DNA from: Octopus sinensis
Taxonomy: Eukaryota
Assembly (NCBI RefSeq): GCF_006345805.1
Contig: NC_043000.1
Span: forward strand, 116,684,001-116,748,000
Direction of reading: 5' to 3'
DNA length: 64,000 bases
Made by a program: the position numbers and the translations under genes
Notes under the pieces: generated by a model
What the model was told of the DNA's origin: nothing
Database searches by the model: none
Seen by the model: the letters and a program-made list of their open reading frames with translations, nothing else
Shown: in pieces, positions 11,055 through 24,232 of the stretch
Numbering within the stretch: position 1 is the first letter of the stretch
How the letters are laid out: every line of letters begins with the position of its first letter

Positions 11055-12297
11055 CGTTTTATTATATGTAAGATTAACGTTATCATTAAAAACTACCTTC
11101 TCTGTAACATAATTTCCGAGAAAGTATACAACAGAAATATTTAAAACCAGAACTTTAATATCAATCGCAAGTGTTATGGTAGTGATATAACTGTTTATAT
11201 TCTTATTAAATTCGTGTTCTTTTACTTGATATCTTAATGTAATCCTACATCTTTGAATTCATACATTACTTATATACGTTCATTCAATTGGACTTAGTAG
11301 AACTTTTTCCTAAATTTTTTTAGTTCATCCTCGTTCACAACTTCATGAAACTCTTGTAGAAATCAAATATTACGCATAACTGCTTTTGAGCAACCTTGCA
11401 TTTAAATAATATAACATTATATGCAAGAATTCTTCTTGATTATTTTATGGTTTCTTTGTATTTCTCGTACAATTTAAACCTATTACGCTTGATCGTACTC
11501 CGGCTTAACCTAATTCTGCAAATTTTGTAATCAGATTTTCTGGATTTGAATAATTTTCCCTACCTTTTTAATCCTTTCATATGCTATTGCGTAACTTTTA
11601 TTACAAACTATTTTCGTTTAAATTTACGCATCACCGTGCTTTCTTTTCATAATAACTTCTCGAATGTATTATTAAGTTGACTCATAGTGAAATTGTAATA
11701 TACATGCGCCCACATTCGCTATTTGATACAACCTTGTAATATCTAATGGTATTTTCAGAGATACAAGTAGTTTCATCTACATGTGGTTCTACAGTATGAA
11801 GAACGACACGATAAACACAGATACATACATAAACAGACAGCTAGATAAATAAATAGAAACACAAATAAATAGATAGATAGATGGAGAGAGAGAAAGAGAA
11901 ATGAAGAGGATGAGAGCAATAGGTAGATTAAAATCAGATAAATTAGCTCAAGGGCTAGCAACAGTACTGACGTAAGAATGTTATTCGTCGATTTTTTTTA
12001 CAATATGATGTTTACCGCGCTGTTTTACGAACGTGTCTTAGGAGAATGGGTAATGTATACACGTATTTGAGGATCAAGCAGTTTTAATAAACATAGCAGT
12101 ATTATCGATAATATGTAATTCAATATCCAATGGAATTGGCTGAACTAAGGCTTTATTCATTATATGATAAAGTGTTGAGCCGGTGGTGCAAACCGGCATA
12201 TGTATATGTGTGTGTGTGTGTGCGTATTTGTATGTATATATGTATATATGTGTACATGTGTGGGTGTGTTCTGTATAAAAATATATATATATGTAGA

Positions 12298-12440
<143 letters not shown>

Positions 12441-12443
12441 AAT

Positions 12444-12505
<62 letters not shown>

Positions 12506-12515
12506 CTTTGACTTC

Positions 12516-12570
<55 letters not shown>

Positions 12571-12574
<4 letters not shown>

Positions 12575-13895
12575 TTCTGGGTTCAGTCCCGCTGCGTGGA
12601 ACCTTGGGCAAGTGTCTTCTACTATAGCCTCGGGCCGACCAAAGCCTTGTGAGTAGATTTGGTAGATGCAAACTGAAACAAGCCCGTCGTAGATATGTAT
12701 ATATGTATGTGTGTGTATATGTTTGTGTATCTGTGTTTGTCCGCCTAACATCGATTGACAACCGATGCTGGTGTGTTTACGTACCCGTAACTTAGCCGGT
12801 CATCAGAAGAACCGATATGATATGTACTAGGCTTACAAAGAATAAGTCTGGGGATCGATTTGCTCGACTAAAGGCGGTGCTCCAGCATGGCCACAGTCAA
12901 ATGAGTGAAACAAGTAAAAATAAAATATACTTATAGGCGCAGGCGTGCCTCTGTGGAGTAAGAAGCTTGCTTTGCTTTCCAGCCACATGGTTCCGGGTTC
13001 AGTCCGCTGCGTGGCACCTTAGGCAAGTTTCTTCTTCTATAGCCTCGGGTCGAGTAAAGCCTTGTGAGTGGATTTGGTAGATGAAAACTGAAAGAAGCCT
13101 GTCGTATATTTACATATATATGTATATATTTATTTTATGAGTGTGTTGCTGCTGTGTTTTATGTCCCCATAACCTAGCTGCTTAGCAAAATGCTGGATGG
13201 AATAAGTACTTGGTTTACAAGGAATAATTCATGGGGTCGATTTCTTCGACTAAAACCTTCTAAACAAGTTAAATAATAAAAGAATATATAGTGTTGGCCA
13301 AAAGTCACTTGACAATAAATCAAAACTATATAATTCCAAGATTTATTTATGTTTAAGAACTGAATTTGATAAAGGCATCTGAATATGAAACATGAAAATT
13401 GTTCAAACTGAAGTCCTTCTTGAGCGACACATTTTTCCATTCCTGGCAATACAGAATCTATGACATTTGATTTACTATCAGGTGACTTTTGCCTAAGCGA
13501 AATAGCTGGAGTGGCTGTGCGGTAAGTAGCTTGCTTACCAACCACATGGTTCCGGGTTCAGTCCCACTGCGTGGCACCTTGGGCAAGTGTCTTCTACTAT
13601 AGCCTCGGGCCGACCAAAGCCTTGTGAGTGGATTTGGTAGGCGGAAACTGAAAGAAGTCCGTCGTATATATGTATATATTTATATATACATGTGTGTGTC
13701 TGTGTATGTATGTATGTGTTTGTCCTCCCCCAACATCACTTGATAACCGATGCTGGTGTGTTTACGTCCCCGTAGCATAGCGGTTCGGCAAAAGAGAACG
13801 ATAGAATAAGGACTACGTTTACAAAGAATAAGTCGTTTTTCTCGACTAAAGGCGGTGCTCCAGCATGACCACAGTCACATGACTGAAACAAGTAA
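12571..13895 (+). mobile_element. Cluster of three S1 SINE copies
   Basis: Copies at about 12571-12925 (5'-truncated), 12935-13260 (diverged) and 13507-13895. Confidence 0.87.
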
Positions 13896-14567
13896 GTTGA
13901 GGGGACGTATATATATATATATACATATATATACATATATACTTACTTCAAATCAGGACAGTTACCCCCATATGACAATTCCCACCGACGACAACTACCA
14001 CCTTGGTTAATTTCCCCTTCTCCAATATATTAAGAAGTTTTTAAAAAATCATCTGTTGTCCTTAGGGGGTTTTATTGTCCATGGGGTGGTGGTGAATGTC
14101 CTTGTCACTCATGAATACGGCATCCATATATTTAAACTGCTCCATTTGCCTCTGTAATATTCCAATAACTTTTAGAGTGAACTGTAAAGCTTTTTAATTA
14201 AATTTATCCTTAAGCTTAGCATTAAACACCGAACTATTGCTGTGCTTAGCTCTATCACTATTATCCGTTATTAAATTCTATGGTGTATTTCCTATTTAGA
14301 AGCAATATATGCAAAGATCCGCAAACCATAGAAATCATGAATACAATACTATATTTATTAATCTTCCCTCCATACGAACAAATTTTTTCACCAAATCTCA
14401 AACACATGCCTATTATATACTGATCCACTACCAACACAAAATTTAAACATGTATTGAATACGGCTTCATTTCATTTCTTTCGGTATGTATTGAATTACTA
14501 TTTTTTCTCTACTACTACTACTTTTATTAAAGCTAATTGATTCTCTAACATATGTAAGTATGTAAAT

Positions 14568-14615
<48 letters not shown>

Positions 14616-14617
<2 letters not shown>

Positions 14618-14839
14618 TCTTTACTCTTTTACTTGTTTCAGTCATTTGACTGTGGGCATACTGGAGCTACGCCTTTAGTCGAGCAAGTCGACCCCAGGAC
14701 TTATTCTTTGTAAGCCTAGTACTTATTTTATCGGCCTCTTTTGTCGAACCACTAAGTGACGGGGACATAAACACACCACCATCGGCTGTCAAATGATGTT
14801 GCGGGGACAAATACAGACGCAAACACACACACACACACA

Positions 14840-14877
<38 letters not shown>

Positions 14878-15060
14878 CATATATATATACATATATACGA
14901 CGGACGTCTTTCAGTTTCCATCTACCAAATCCACTCACATGGCTTTGGTCGGCCCGAGGCTATAGTAGAAAACAATTGCCCAAGGTGCCACGCAGTGGGA
15001 CTAAAAACAGAACCATGTGGTTGGTAAGGAAGCTACTTACGACACAGACACTCTTACGCT
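14616..15060 (-). mobile_element. SINE family S1, full length
   Basis: Reverse complement of 8865-9282. Confidence 0.9.
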
Positions 15061-15257
15061 TATATCATATATATATATATATATATATGTATTCATTCAT
15101 CTGAGATATAAACTGGGAAGCTAGATTTGGTAATCTCCGAAGTCAAAGCTACCTTTAAAGGAAATAATTATATCACACCACTTCACTTATTGAGTCTTTA
15201 TTCGATTATATGTGTGAGTGTGTGTGTGAATATGTATATTACACACACACACACACA

Positions 15258-15317
<60 letters not shown>

Positions 15318-15587
15318 TTATGTATGTATAGTTTATTTGTGTGTATAGATGCACATAGAGTAGTGAAACTGATCAATAGGTACATAAGCAACACACACAT
15401 GCATAAGCACAATTGGAGAAACCAAGTGCATTTGGGCACCAATGTGTTTGTGCGTGTGTATGTGTGTGCGTGCATGCAGAGATAGGAACGTAACTAGATG
15501 AGCAGGAAGACATAATGATAGCTAACCATCTAAGTGCATATACATACTTGTGTGTGTCTGTGTGTGTGTGCAACATACATATATATA

Positions 15588-15629
<42 letters not shown>

Positions 15630-16504
15630 ATGTGTGTGTGTGTGTGTGTGTATATGTATGTAGATTGGTAGGTATATAAATACTGTATCTTAGGAGAGAA
15701 AGAGGGAGATCAATTCAAATTTCATTAGATTAAATTCTTCTAAGTTAAGCAGTACTGTTATTGTAAGAAGCTCTCTTATTGTGGAACAGAACAGAACCGA
15801 GTGAGATCACAGAAGTGCTGTACGCTGGAAATTAGTTTAAACCCTTGCAGTACACCTTCTAGCAAATGAAGATGAAAGAACATGCATGTTTCATTATCGC
15901 ATTCATTTTTCCGGTTAATTAAGTCAACATGGTTCTTGTCTTAGAAGTATGCAGAGATTCCAATTTGAACGCTGGAATATATGGGTTGCAGTGAGAGACA
16001 ATTGCATGAACGTAGATTGATTGGATATCAGAATGTTTCCTCGTAGGCATCTTTATACGTTTAGTCTATCCTCAGATTCACTAATTAGATTAAAAGCATT
16101 CGAGCACTTTCCAGATGTTACACTGTTTGTCTACTGAGACAAATCCTTTCTATAGAAAGGAAAGAATATTTTGATAACTTTTTAATGCTAACTTCTCAGA
16201 AATCATTGGTGAGGTTTCAAATCAGCTTCAGGTGTTTGTTCGCATTTTGAGAAAAATAATTTTTTTTTTCAAATAACCTTTGGTAAATGAGGAGAATATT
16301 TAACGAGATACTCTTTCCTCGGAAGATTCGATAGGGAAAGCGACAAAATGACAGAAATGCCTCTCAATACTTAGTCAAGGCCCTTTCCATTCTGTGATCA
16401 AATTCTGTTGATGTCATCTTTGCTTTTCCTCCTTCTAGATTTGATAAAATATGTACCTCTAAATACTGTGATCGTTACTGTCGACTGTATTCCATACCAA
16501 AGTA

Positions 16505-17028
16505 TTGGGTAGCTTCGTCCGGAAAGTTCGTGCCGATTTTTAAAGGAAAGAAAAAAGGTCGATAAATACTTGGCATTACATTTTTACATCAACATTATAT
16601 TTTTAATCAACCAGTATTGAGGTGGTTTCATGGCAAAGAATTCATCAACGTATTTTTTGACGTCATCCAAGGAACTGAAACTTTTACCATTAAGACTATT
16701 CTGCAGAGACCTGAATAAGTGACAATCCGAAGGAGCAATATCTAATGAATATGGAGGGTGGGGTAACACATCACCGCCGTGCTTCAGCAATTTTTGTCTG
16801 GTTCCCAAAGCATCCAGTGCCGAAAATGAACTTTCTTATCTTCCATTTTAAAGGGTTACAGAATTAACACAGGTTATAGGAACATAAACCTTCTTCAACG
16901 AAAAGATAGCTTAAATTGTGCTCTAAATGGAGGTGTAGTCAAATCCTATTTTATGGACTCAACCATGCTCTAAAATAAGTCGAAATGTAAGCTACTATAA
17001 ATCGGCACGAACTTTCCAGACAACCCAA
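16505..17028 (-). mobile_element. Internally deleted mariner transposon
   Basis: TA flanks at 16503-4 and 17029-30; TIR ttgggttgtc(c/t)ggaaagttcgtgccgattt, the left copy with a small insertion. Minus strand encodes MEDKKVHFRHWMLWE joined out of frame to TRQKLLKHGGDVLPHPPYSLDIAPSDCHLFRSLQNSL (YSPDLAP motif). Confidence 0.93.
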
Positions 17029-17092
17029 TATGTACTCACATGGTTTCCTTGGCACATAATCGTCGGAGATCATAACATTCTCGGTCTGTCCC

Positions 17093-17280
17093 ATGGGTCA
17101 AGGCCAGCAATTATGAAGGGAAGTGTGAGACGACTACATCAATTACATATTTTATTGTATAGATCTCGGATGAAATCAAAGTTGACATCGGTGAGATTTG
17201 AACCGAGAACGTGAAATGCCGGAAGAAATGAAGCTAAGCGTTTAGTTCGACGTGTTAATGATTCTGCAAGCTCACCGACC
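17093..17280 (-). mobile_element. SINE family S2, diverged
   Basis: caaggccagcaatt...gagatttgaaccgagaacg...attctgcaagctcaccg. Confidence 0.65.
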
Positions 17281-17491
17281 ATTGGTGAAGGATGTAGGTG
17301 GGCATAAACGAGAAAAGAGAGATGGGAATATAAAGTGACAAAGAAGTTAAACGATATCATAACTACGTATACCATTGTGACAGTTTGAAAAGGATGATTA
17401 AAAAAGATGAGAGAAGCATAAAAGAGAAGATAAAATACATGTTTGGAAATAGCGTCAAAGGGACGAAGTGAATGGTTTGTGTATAGGAGAT

Positions 17492-17571
<80 letters not shown>

Positions 17572-17584
17572 GCAGATAGATAGG

Positions 17585-17615
<31 letters not shown>

Positions 17616-18229
17616 AGAGAGAGAGAGAAAGAGAGGGAAAGACAGATTATAAAAAGCAAAAACTAGTAACAGCAGGTTGGAATAATTCTAACAAATGAGA
17701 AGAGGAACAAGAGAAAGAGAAATAGAAATCGGACATAATAAAGATAGAATGGAAAAAATGCAAAAGGAAAAATAAAAGAAAGAAAATGGTGGCAAATTGC
17801 ATTGGAAAAGGACGGAAGGAGGGGAAGTGAGAGAGAGAAACTGGAAAAAGATAAATACGAAATAAATAAGATAATGAATGGAACAAAGTATTTGCCGAAA
17901 AGATGAATTTGCAAGGAAGATGAGGGCGGATGTGATGCGAGAAAATTTACATATGTATTTGTGCTCACCCACGCAAAGACACACACACACACACACACTC
18001 TCTCTCTCTCTCTCTCTCCTTCCCTCAAGCACATACACGCAACATCATTATTTATGCATAACTGTACAAACATAAATATGTTTAATGCCCGTTTATGTTT
18101 TAAATGTTCGTTGTTTAGTTCCTGTATATGTCTTCCTAAGTCAGAGAGTAACTAAATAATTCATACAAAATTAGTTGCACGAAACATTTCTTAGTAGATA
18201 TTTGGTCCTGTTTATCGACACACACCGCT

Positions 18230-18948
18230 GAGACCCTCTTCGGTCATGACTGACCATGGGATTGCACCTAGAAAGTTACCCTCCCAGGTATAAGTCCGGG
18301 CAAGATTGTTTATGGAAGACCATCAGTCGCCCATGCATACCAGCCACCCCTCTCCACGCCACCGATGTTATCCATGGGAAAAGCAAAGGCTGATACAGTT
18401 TGGCACCTGTGACATCGCATCTCATTTCCACAGCTGAGTGACTGGAGCAACATGAAATAAAGTGTCTTGCTTAAAAACAAAACACCTAGCCCGGTCCGGG
18501 ATTCGAACTCACAACCTCATGATCATAAGCTCGACGCTCTAACCACTGATCCATGCGCCGACACACACTAATACATACTTATACAACACACGTTCATATA
18601 CACGCGCACACATACGTTTATACGTACACACGCGCGCGTGCACACACACACCCATACAAACGCACACTCACATACACATTCACACAAGGGTAAAGGGAAA
18701 ATACTTCCTTCGGTCAAGAATGACCGTGGGGTTGCACCTAGAAAGTTTCCCTCCGAGGCACAAATTCGGAGGCAAAGTTGTTTATGGAAGACCACTAGTC
18801 ACATATGCATGCTTGTCTCCCCTCCCCATGCTACTGATGTTATCCAAAGGAAAGGTGAAGGCCGATACAGCTTGGCACCACTGATATCGCAACTCATCTC
18901 AACAACTGAGTGAACTGCGGCAACGTGAAATAAAGTGTCTTGCTCAAG
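18230..18948 (-). mobile_element. Two copies of a tRNA-derived SINE (full 18230-18558; headless 18703-18948)
   Basis: Minus-strand head ggcgcatggatcagtggttagagcg...gagttcgaatccc; both copies share the block gcacctagaaagtt.ccctcc...tttatggaagacca. Confidence 0.85.
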
Positions 18949-18960
18949 TAGAAACTAAGT

Positions 18961-19168
18961 AGAAAACAGGCGTAGCCTTCAATGCTTTAGGGAACATACA
19001 CACGTTTCATCAAAATGTTGAATTGATTACATAAGATTTATATAAATTTACGTATTCATACACTTCACTTCATCGTGCTTGGCATTTGCGACTCTTATGT
19101 AAATATTTCGAAATTTTGATGAAACGTGTCTACGTCCTGTAAAACAGTGAATGCCTAATTTGTTTTCT
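18961..19168. mobile_element. Old MITE-like element
   Basis: Diverged arms of about 75 bp at 18961-19036 and 19093-19168, core acacgtttcatcaaaat / attttgatgaaacgtgt. Confidence 0.65.
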
Positions 19169-19779
19169 GATTATGGTTACTATATATTAGTCAAAGGGAT
19201 TCTACACAGTTTCTGTCTACTAAATTCAGTCAGAAGCATTGGTTGGCACGGAACTAAAGCAGAATACACTTGTCTAAATACCACAGAGTGAGATTGAAAC
19301 AGAAACCACTTTGTTGGAAAATGAACGTCTTAACTACGCAGCCATGCGTGAACAATTTAGTAGCATCAGATTCTAAATCTGGAAAGGAAATCGATGACGA
19401 AATAAGGAAATTTAGCGACATCAGGTAGTCGATAACGGGTCAATAAAGATAAATACGGAATAAAGATTTAATGAAATATCGAGCGATGATGATTACACAA
19501 CCAGCTACGCTAGAATATTTCAAATTCAAAAATACATAATACGTCACGCAGACGGAATATGTCGAATATATCGAATGAAAGCGATAGCTAAACAAAAAAC
19601 GAACCGGATTGAATATATATGAAGGGAGATAGAAAGAAAACTGCACCTTGCTTAGATGAGTCGTCGCGTAACGTTGAAGTAAGGCTTATGTGAGTGTGAA
19701 ATTAGATACTTGGAAACCCATTTGCATTTCACTCTATCAAATTGGTCCCCATTGGACTATATGTATGTGCATATATACA

Positions 19780-19837
<58 letters not shown>

Positions 19838-19840
<3 letters not shown>

Positions 19841-20958
19841 ATATAAACGGCAGTTTGTCTGTCTGTGTGTCTGTGTGTCTGTCAGGTTGTACCCTCACCC
19901 TGACCACGGCTTTCAACCGATTCTGATGAAACTTGACACACACATAGCCCAATGTCATAATTCAAAACTATCGCACCGAAAACTTTGAAAAGTTCCCCCA
20001 GTTCTGAAATAAATCGATAGATTCGACATGGGGTCGAGAATCTAAGCTTTTTATATGCAACACATTTTCTGTTGTAGTTTTCGCAACTTGCAATCGGTTT
20101 TCACCAAACTCATGGTGAAGCTTAATGTTACCCTAAGAAACTTAATTCTGACGTTAGGTTTCCATGCAATACCTAACCATCAGAAAAAATCGATAAAATC
20201 ATGCCATTTTGGGAAATCGCGTTCAAATTCAAGATGACATATTTTCGACAATATCTTTCACAAATTGGCAGGAATTTTAAAAAAATTTACAGCTAGCATC
20301 ATGTCTGCTCCAATGAGCTATATGGCCCTTTTTATTCCAATAGGATACTTTATTACTGGAAAAAATCGGTTAATTAAATCATATGTGGCACACATAGCAA
20401 ACCGATTTGTGTATTAAACACAAACCACAGACTGTCTAAGGGACGCAACTCGACCTTTTTAACTCTCGGAACACGTGGGGTAAGTATCCCAAAATGTACA
20501 AAAACGGTAAAAAAGCGGGCAGCAATGTGAGTTACAACAACGAAAAAGTCAAAAGTGACCAAACTGAACAAACGAATGGAAAAGGTTTTTTGGTGCACAC
20601 GACAAAAGCGGTTTATAATAAACAAAGAGTTTGCAAGTAGCGTCCGAGGACCATTAGGGTACGTCAAAACTTTAAGGTAAAACGTTTGGGGTGGTAGTTA
20701 TAAAAAAGTTTAAACAAAAAAAGTATTCGAATAACTTGTGGTGGTGTTAGGGGTAAAGTCTCGAATGTAACTTCTTCCTGGTAGGAATTAGTTGGGTTGA
20801 ATTATCGATAGCTGTTTGATAGGTATTTGGGAGTGAAGAGAAGACATTGCAACCAACACATGCGCCTTCGTTCCCTAGAGGGAAAGGACCAGATTGGGAT
20901 TAGTCGTTGCCTACTAGGGGCTCTTACATACCCGGGCAACGCCGGGCTATGCTGCTAG
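19838..20958 (+). mobile_element. Non-autonomous Helitron
   Basis: 5' A|TC start, (GTCT)-type microsatellite near the 5' end, GC hairpin cccgggcaacgccggg at 20931-20946, CTAG|T end at 20955-20959, no TSD. Confidence 0.85.
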
Positions 20959-20997
<39 letters not shown>

Positions 20998-20998
<1 letters not shown>

Positions 20999-21292
20999 GA
21001 GGCGCAATGGCTTAGTGGTTAGGGCAGTGGACTCGCGGTCGTAGGATCGCGGTTTCGATTCCCAGACCGGGCGTTGTTAGTGTTTATTGAGCGAAAACAC
21101 CTAAAACCTCCACGAGGTTCCGGCAGGGGGTGGTGATCCCTGCTGTACTCTTTCACCACACTTTCTCCCACTCTTTTTTCTGTTGGCCTGCTCGCTTAGC
21201 CAGCGGGGTGGCGTCATTCGAAGGCTAAAACAATGCGAACGCATTGTGACCAGCGATTTGTAACTACATCTGATGGACTGGTCGGTCACGTG

Positions 21293-21293
<1 letters not shown>
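20998..21293 (+). mobile_element. SINE family S3, full length
   Basis: A and B boxes in the head; tail ...ctggtcggtcacgtga followed by (TA)n. Confidence 0.9.
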
Positions 21294-21330
<37 letters not shown>

Positions 21331-21363
21331 AATCAAAATAAGCAACAAGGATATCCAAAGATA

Positions 21364-21453
21364 ATGCAGTACAATCGTTTCATGCGACTCCATTTAATTA
21401 AACAATGCAAGCATTACATCAGTTTTAAAATGTAAAGCAATCTTCAGATGCAT
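21364..21453 (-). ncRNA. Type I hammerhead motif, decayed, in an element spanning about 21331-21540
   Basis: Minus strand: augcau-CUGAAGA-uUGC-[loop]-GCAu-GAAA-cgauu-GUA-cugcau. The first pairs of stems I and II are mismatched. Confidence 0.6.
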
Positions 21454-21543
21454 ATAAATATAGAATTTAGTTAAATTGAAAAGATTCATCTTTATAGTTA
21501 TTCCATTTACCAACATCACAAAGAGGGTAAGTAACGTCGGTGA

Positions 21544-21607
21544 TACCTGGTTGATCCTGCCAGTAGTCATATGCTTGTCTCAAAGCTTAAGCCATGCAAG
21601 TGTAAGT
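21544..21607 (+). pseudogene. 18S rRNA 5'-terminal fragment (64 bp)
   Basis: tacctggttgatcctgccagtagtcatatgcttgtctcaaagcttaagccatgcaagtgtaagt is the conserved eukaryotic 18S 5' end with about 3 differences; similarity stops abruptly. Confidence 0.95.
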
Positions 21608-21674
21608 TTTTGCCTTCCTTGAAACATGGTAGTAATAAATATTTTTTCATGGAGATACTGCTTATATATATATT

Positions 21675-21765
<91 letters not shown>

Positions 21766-22054
21766 TGTATATATGTGAGAAAAGAGTTTCACTTTTAATA
21801 GTTTCAGTATTAAGCGTGAAACTATTAAAACTGAAAAATTATTTTCTCACATTGCAATACTGATGTTATTGTTTCACATTTGACATGTAATACTGAAATA
21901 GTGTAAGAGATAAGATATTGCTCCGGGCTCGCATTAGGCAGGGATTTGTATTTTTTTGGCCCATGACACTGCATGTACCCTACGTAAGGCATGTGTTACA
22001 TTTGAATGGAACTCATTGGGTAGTACTCAACTTTTAATGATGCATATATATATA

Positions 22055-22540
22055 CTAGCAGCATATAGCTCCTTGTAGCAAACATGATGCTCGCTGTGAA
22101 TTAAAAAAAAATTCCTGCCAATTTGTGAAAGATATTGTCGAAAATATGTAATCTTGAATTTGAACGCGATTTCCCAAAATGGCATGATTTTATCGATTTT
22201 TTCTGATGGTAAGGTATTGCATGGAAAACTAACGTCAGTTTCTTAGGGTAATATTAAGCTTCACCATAAGTTTGGTGAAAATCGATTGCAAGTTGCGAAA
22301 ACTATAACAGAAAACGTGTTGCATATAAAAAGCCTAGATTCACGACCCCATGTCGAATTTATCGATTTATTTCAGAACTGGGGGAACTTTTCAAAGTTTT
22401 CGGTGCGATAGTTTTGAATTATGACATTGGGCTATGTGTGTGTCAAGTTTCATCAGAATCGGTGGAAAGCCGTGGTCAGGGTGAGGGTACAACCTGACAG
22501 ACACACAGACACACAGACAGACAAACTGCCGTTTATATAT
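22055..22540 (-). mobile_element. Deleted copy of the 19838 Helitron
   Basis: Reverse complement of 19840-20325 joined directly to the terminal gctgCTAG (22055-22058). Confidence 0.88.
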
Positions 22541-22650
22541 ATATATAATATAATATAATATAATATAATATAATATATATATATATATACATACATACAG
22601 ACAGACACGTATTCTCAGCTATATATATATATATATTATATATATATATA

Positions 22651-23270
22651 TACATATAAAAGTAAATAAATGGCACAACAAAGCAACGATATTTACTGGA
22701 AAATAGCGAACGTAATAAATACGACGCTAATGTATAGCTTCACTGCGTATGTACTAGTAAAGATGCGTGTGTGCAGCAAACATGAAAAAAATTTTCTTAC
22801 CTCTAGGAAGAACATCTGAAAAATGAAAAACCTAGAAACGGATAATGCAGTACCGGTTTCAGATTCTTCAAAATACGTATGCCAACGTATATTTGATTTA
22901 TCTTCATCAGCCGCATATACCTCGACAATATTTCAAATGTTGCCACATCTATGCCAGTACACTCGTCTGAACGCCAAAACGTTAACAGAACGAGAACAGT
23001 GAAGAAGTTTCAATGAAAATAGTAATGCAATACGAGAGTATTGCTTTCCAGTAAAGGATAGCCCGTAAGGGTAAAATTATACATATAAAAGTAATTGAAT
23101 GGCACAACGAATCACCGATATTTACTGGAAAATAGCGAACGTAAAAAATACGACGCTAATGTATAGCTTCACTGCGTATGTACTAGTAAAGATACGTATG
23201 TGCAACAAACATGAAAAAAATTGTCTTACATCTAGGAAGAACATCTGAAAAATGGAAAACCTAGAAACGG

Positions 23271-23273
<3 letters not shown>
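22651..23273 (-). mobile_element. Retrozyme-like / PLE pseudo-LTR element: 1.45 copies of a 429-bp unit in (TA)n
   Basis: Direct repeats 22651-22844 and 23080-23273 (about 12 substitutions) around a middle carrying an intact HHR. Confidence 0.82.
22845..22916 (-). ncRNA. Type I hammerhead ribozyme, intact core
   Basis: Minus strand: augcgg-CUGAUGA-AGAU-[hairpin loop]-AUCU-GAAA-ccg-GUA-cugcau. Stem I 6 bp, stem II 4 bp, palindromic stem III ACCGGU; predicted cleavage between 22851 and 22850. Confidence 0.85.
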
Positions 23274-23345
<72 letters not shown>

Positions 23346-23385
23346 TGTGTGTGTGTGTGTGTGTGTGGATGTGTCTGTGTGTCTT

Positions 23386-23418
<33 letters not shown>

Positions 23419-24196
23419 TTGTATGTATGTCTGTATATATTTATGCTTGTATATATATGCATGTCATTATTCAGTTTTATTTCTAGATTTCTTGCCCTTA
23501 GAGAAAAGCCGTTTTTTTTTGCCTTAGATCTATCCTTTATTAGAATTTTTACAACACCAACAGGATATTTTTGTATGTATGTATACATGCATGGATATAT
23601 GTATATATATGTGAAGATTCGTATATTTAAAAAAAGTTTTATGTATGCCTTGTCATGCATACACTTGCATATCTAAACATGTTCATATATATTTAAATGA
23701 TAAATGTTCGGAAAGTTTTACAGATTTTTACAGTTCCAATAATGGTTTGGATCAGTAGTCTTCGAATTACCTTTCTCCTTTCCGGTTTTGAGAAGCTTAA
23801 TGTCTCAAAATTGTTATTTATGCAGTGTGTTACATATCCCAGTGTGTGTATTTATATGTGTGTATGCACGTATGTATGAGAGTGTGTGTATGTATGTATT
23901 TTTGTATGTATGGATGCTGAGTAAAATTGAGTTTGTCTCGCAAGCCGAGTTTCACGCCTAATGATAATGCTCCGTTAAATTCGTGTCGCGTGATAAAGAT
24001 TGATGTTTAATGAGTTATATTCACAACAAATATAAACCACATTCCTTCGCTCAACCAAATTGAACGTTTATGCACGCGTTCGCGCCCAGACACGCACACA
24101 CACACACACACTCGCATGCTCTCACACACATACACACATGTATAATTCGAGTGTCATTTTTTCTGCTTGATTTGCTGTAGTCATTTAACATTGAAT

Positions 24197-24232
<36 letters not shown>

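Noticed and set aside
19920-19935. ctgatgaaac as a ribozyme core (similar words at 26366, 30806, 55866)
   Set aside because: No stem II plus GAAA architecture; part of a Helitron, a LINE or chance.
21544-21607. Functional rDNA locus (also 56158-56338)
   Set aside because: Isolated short fragments, 35 kb apart and on opposite strands.
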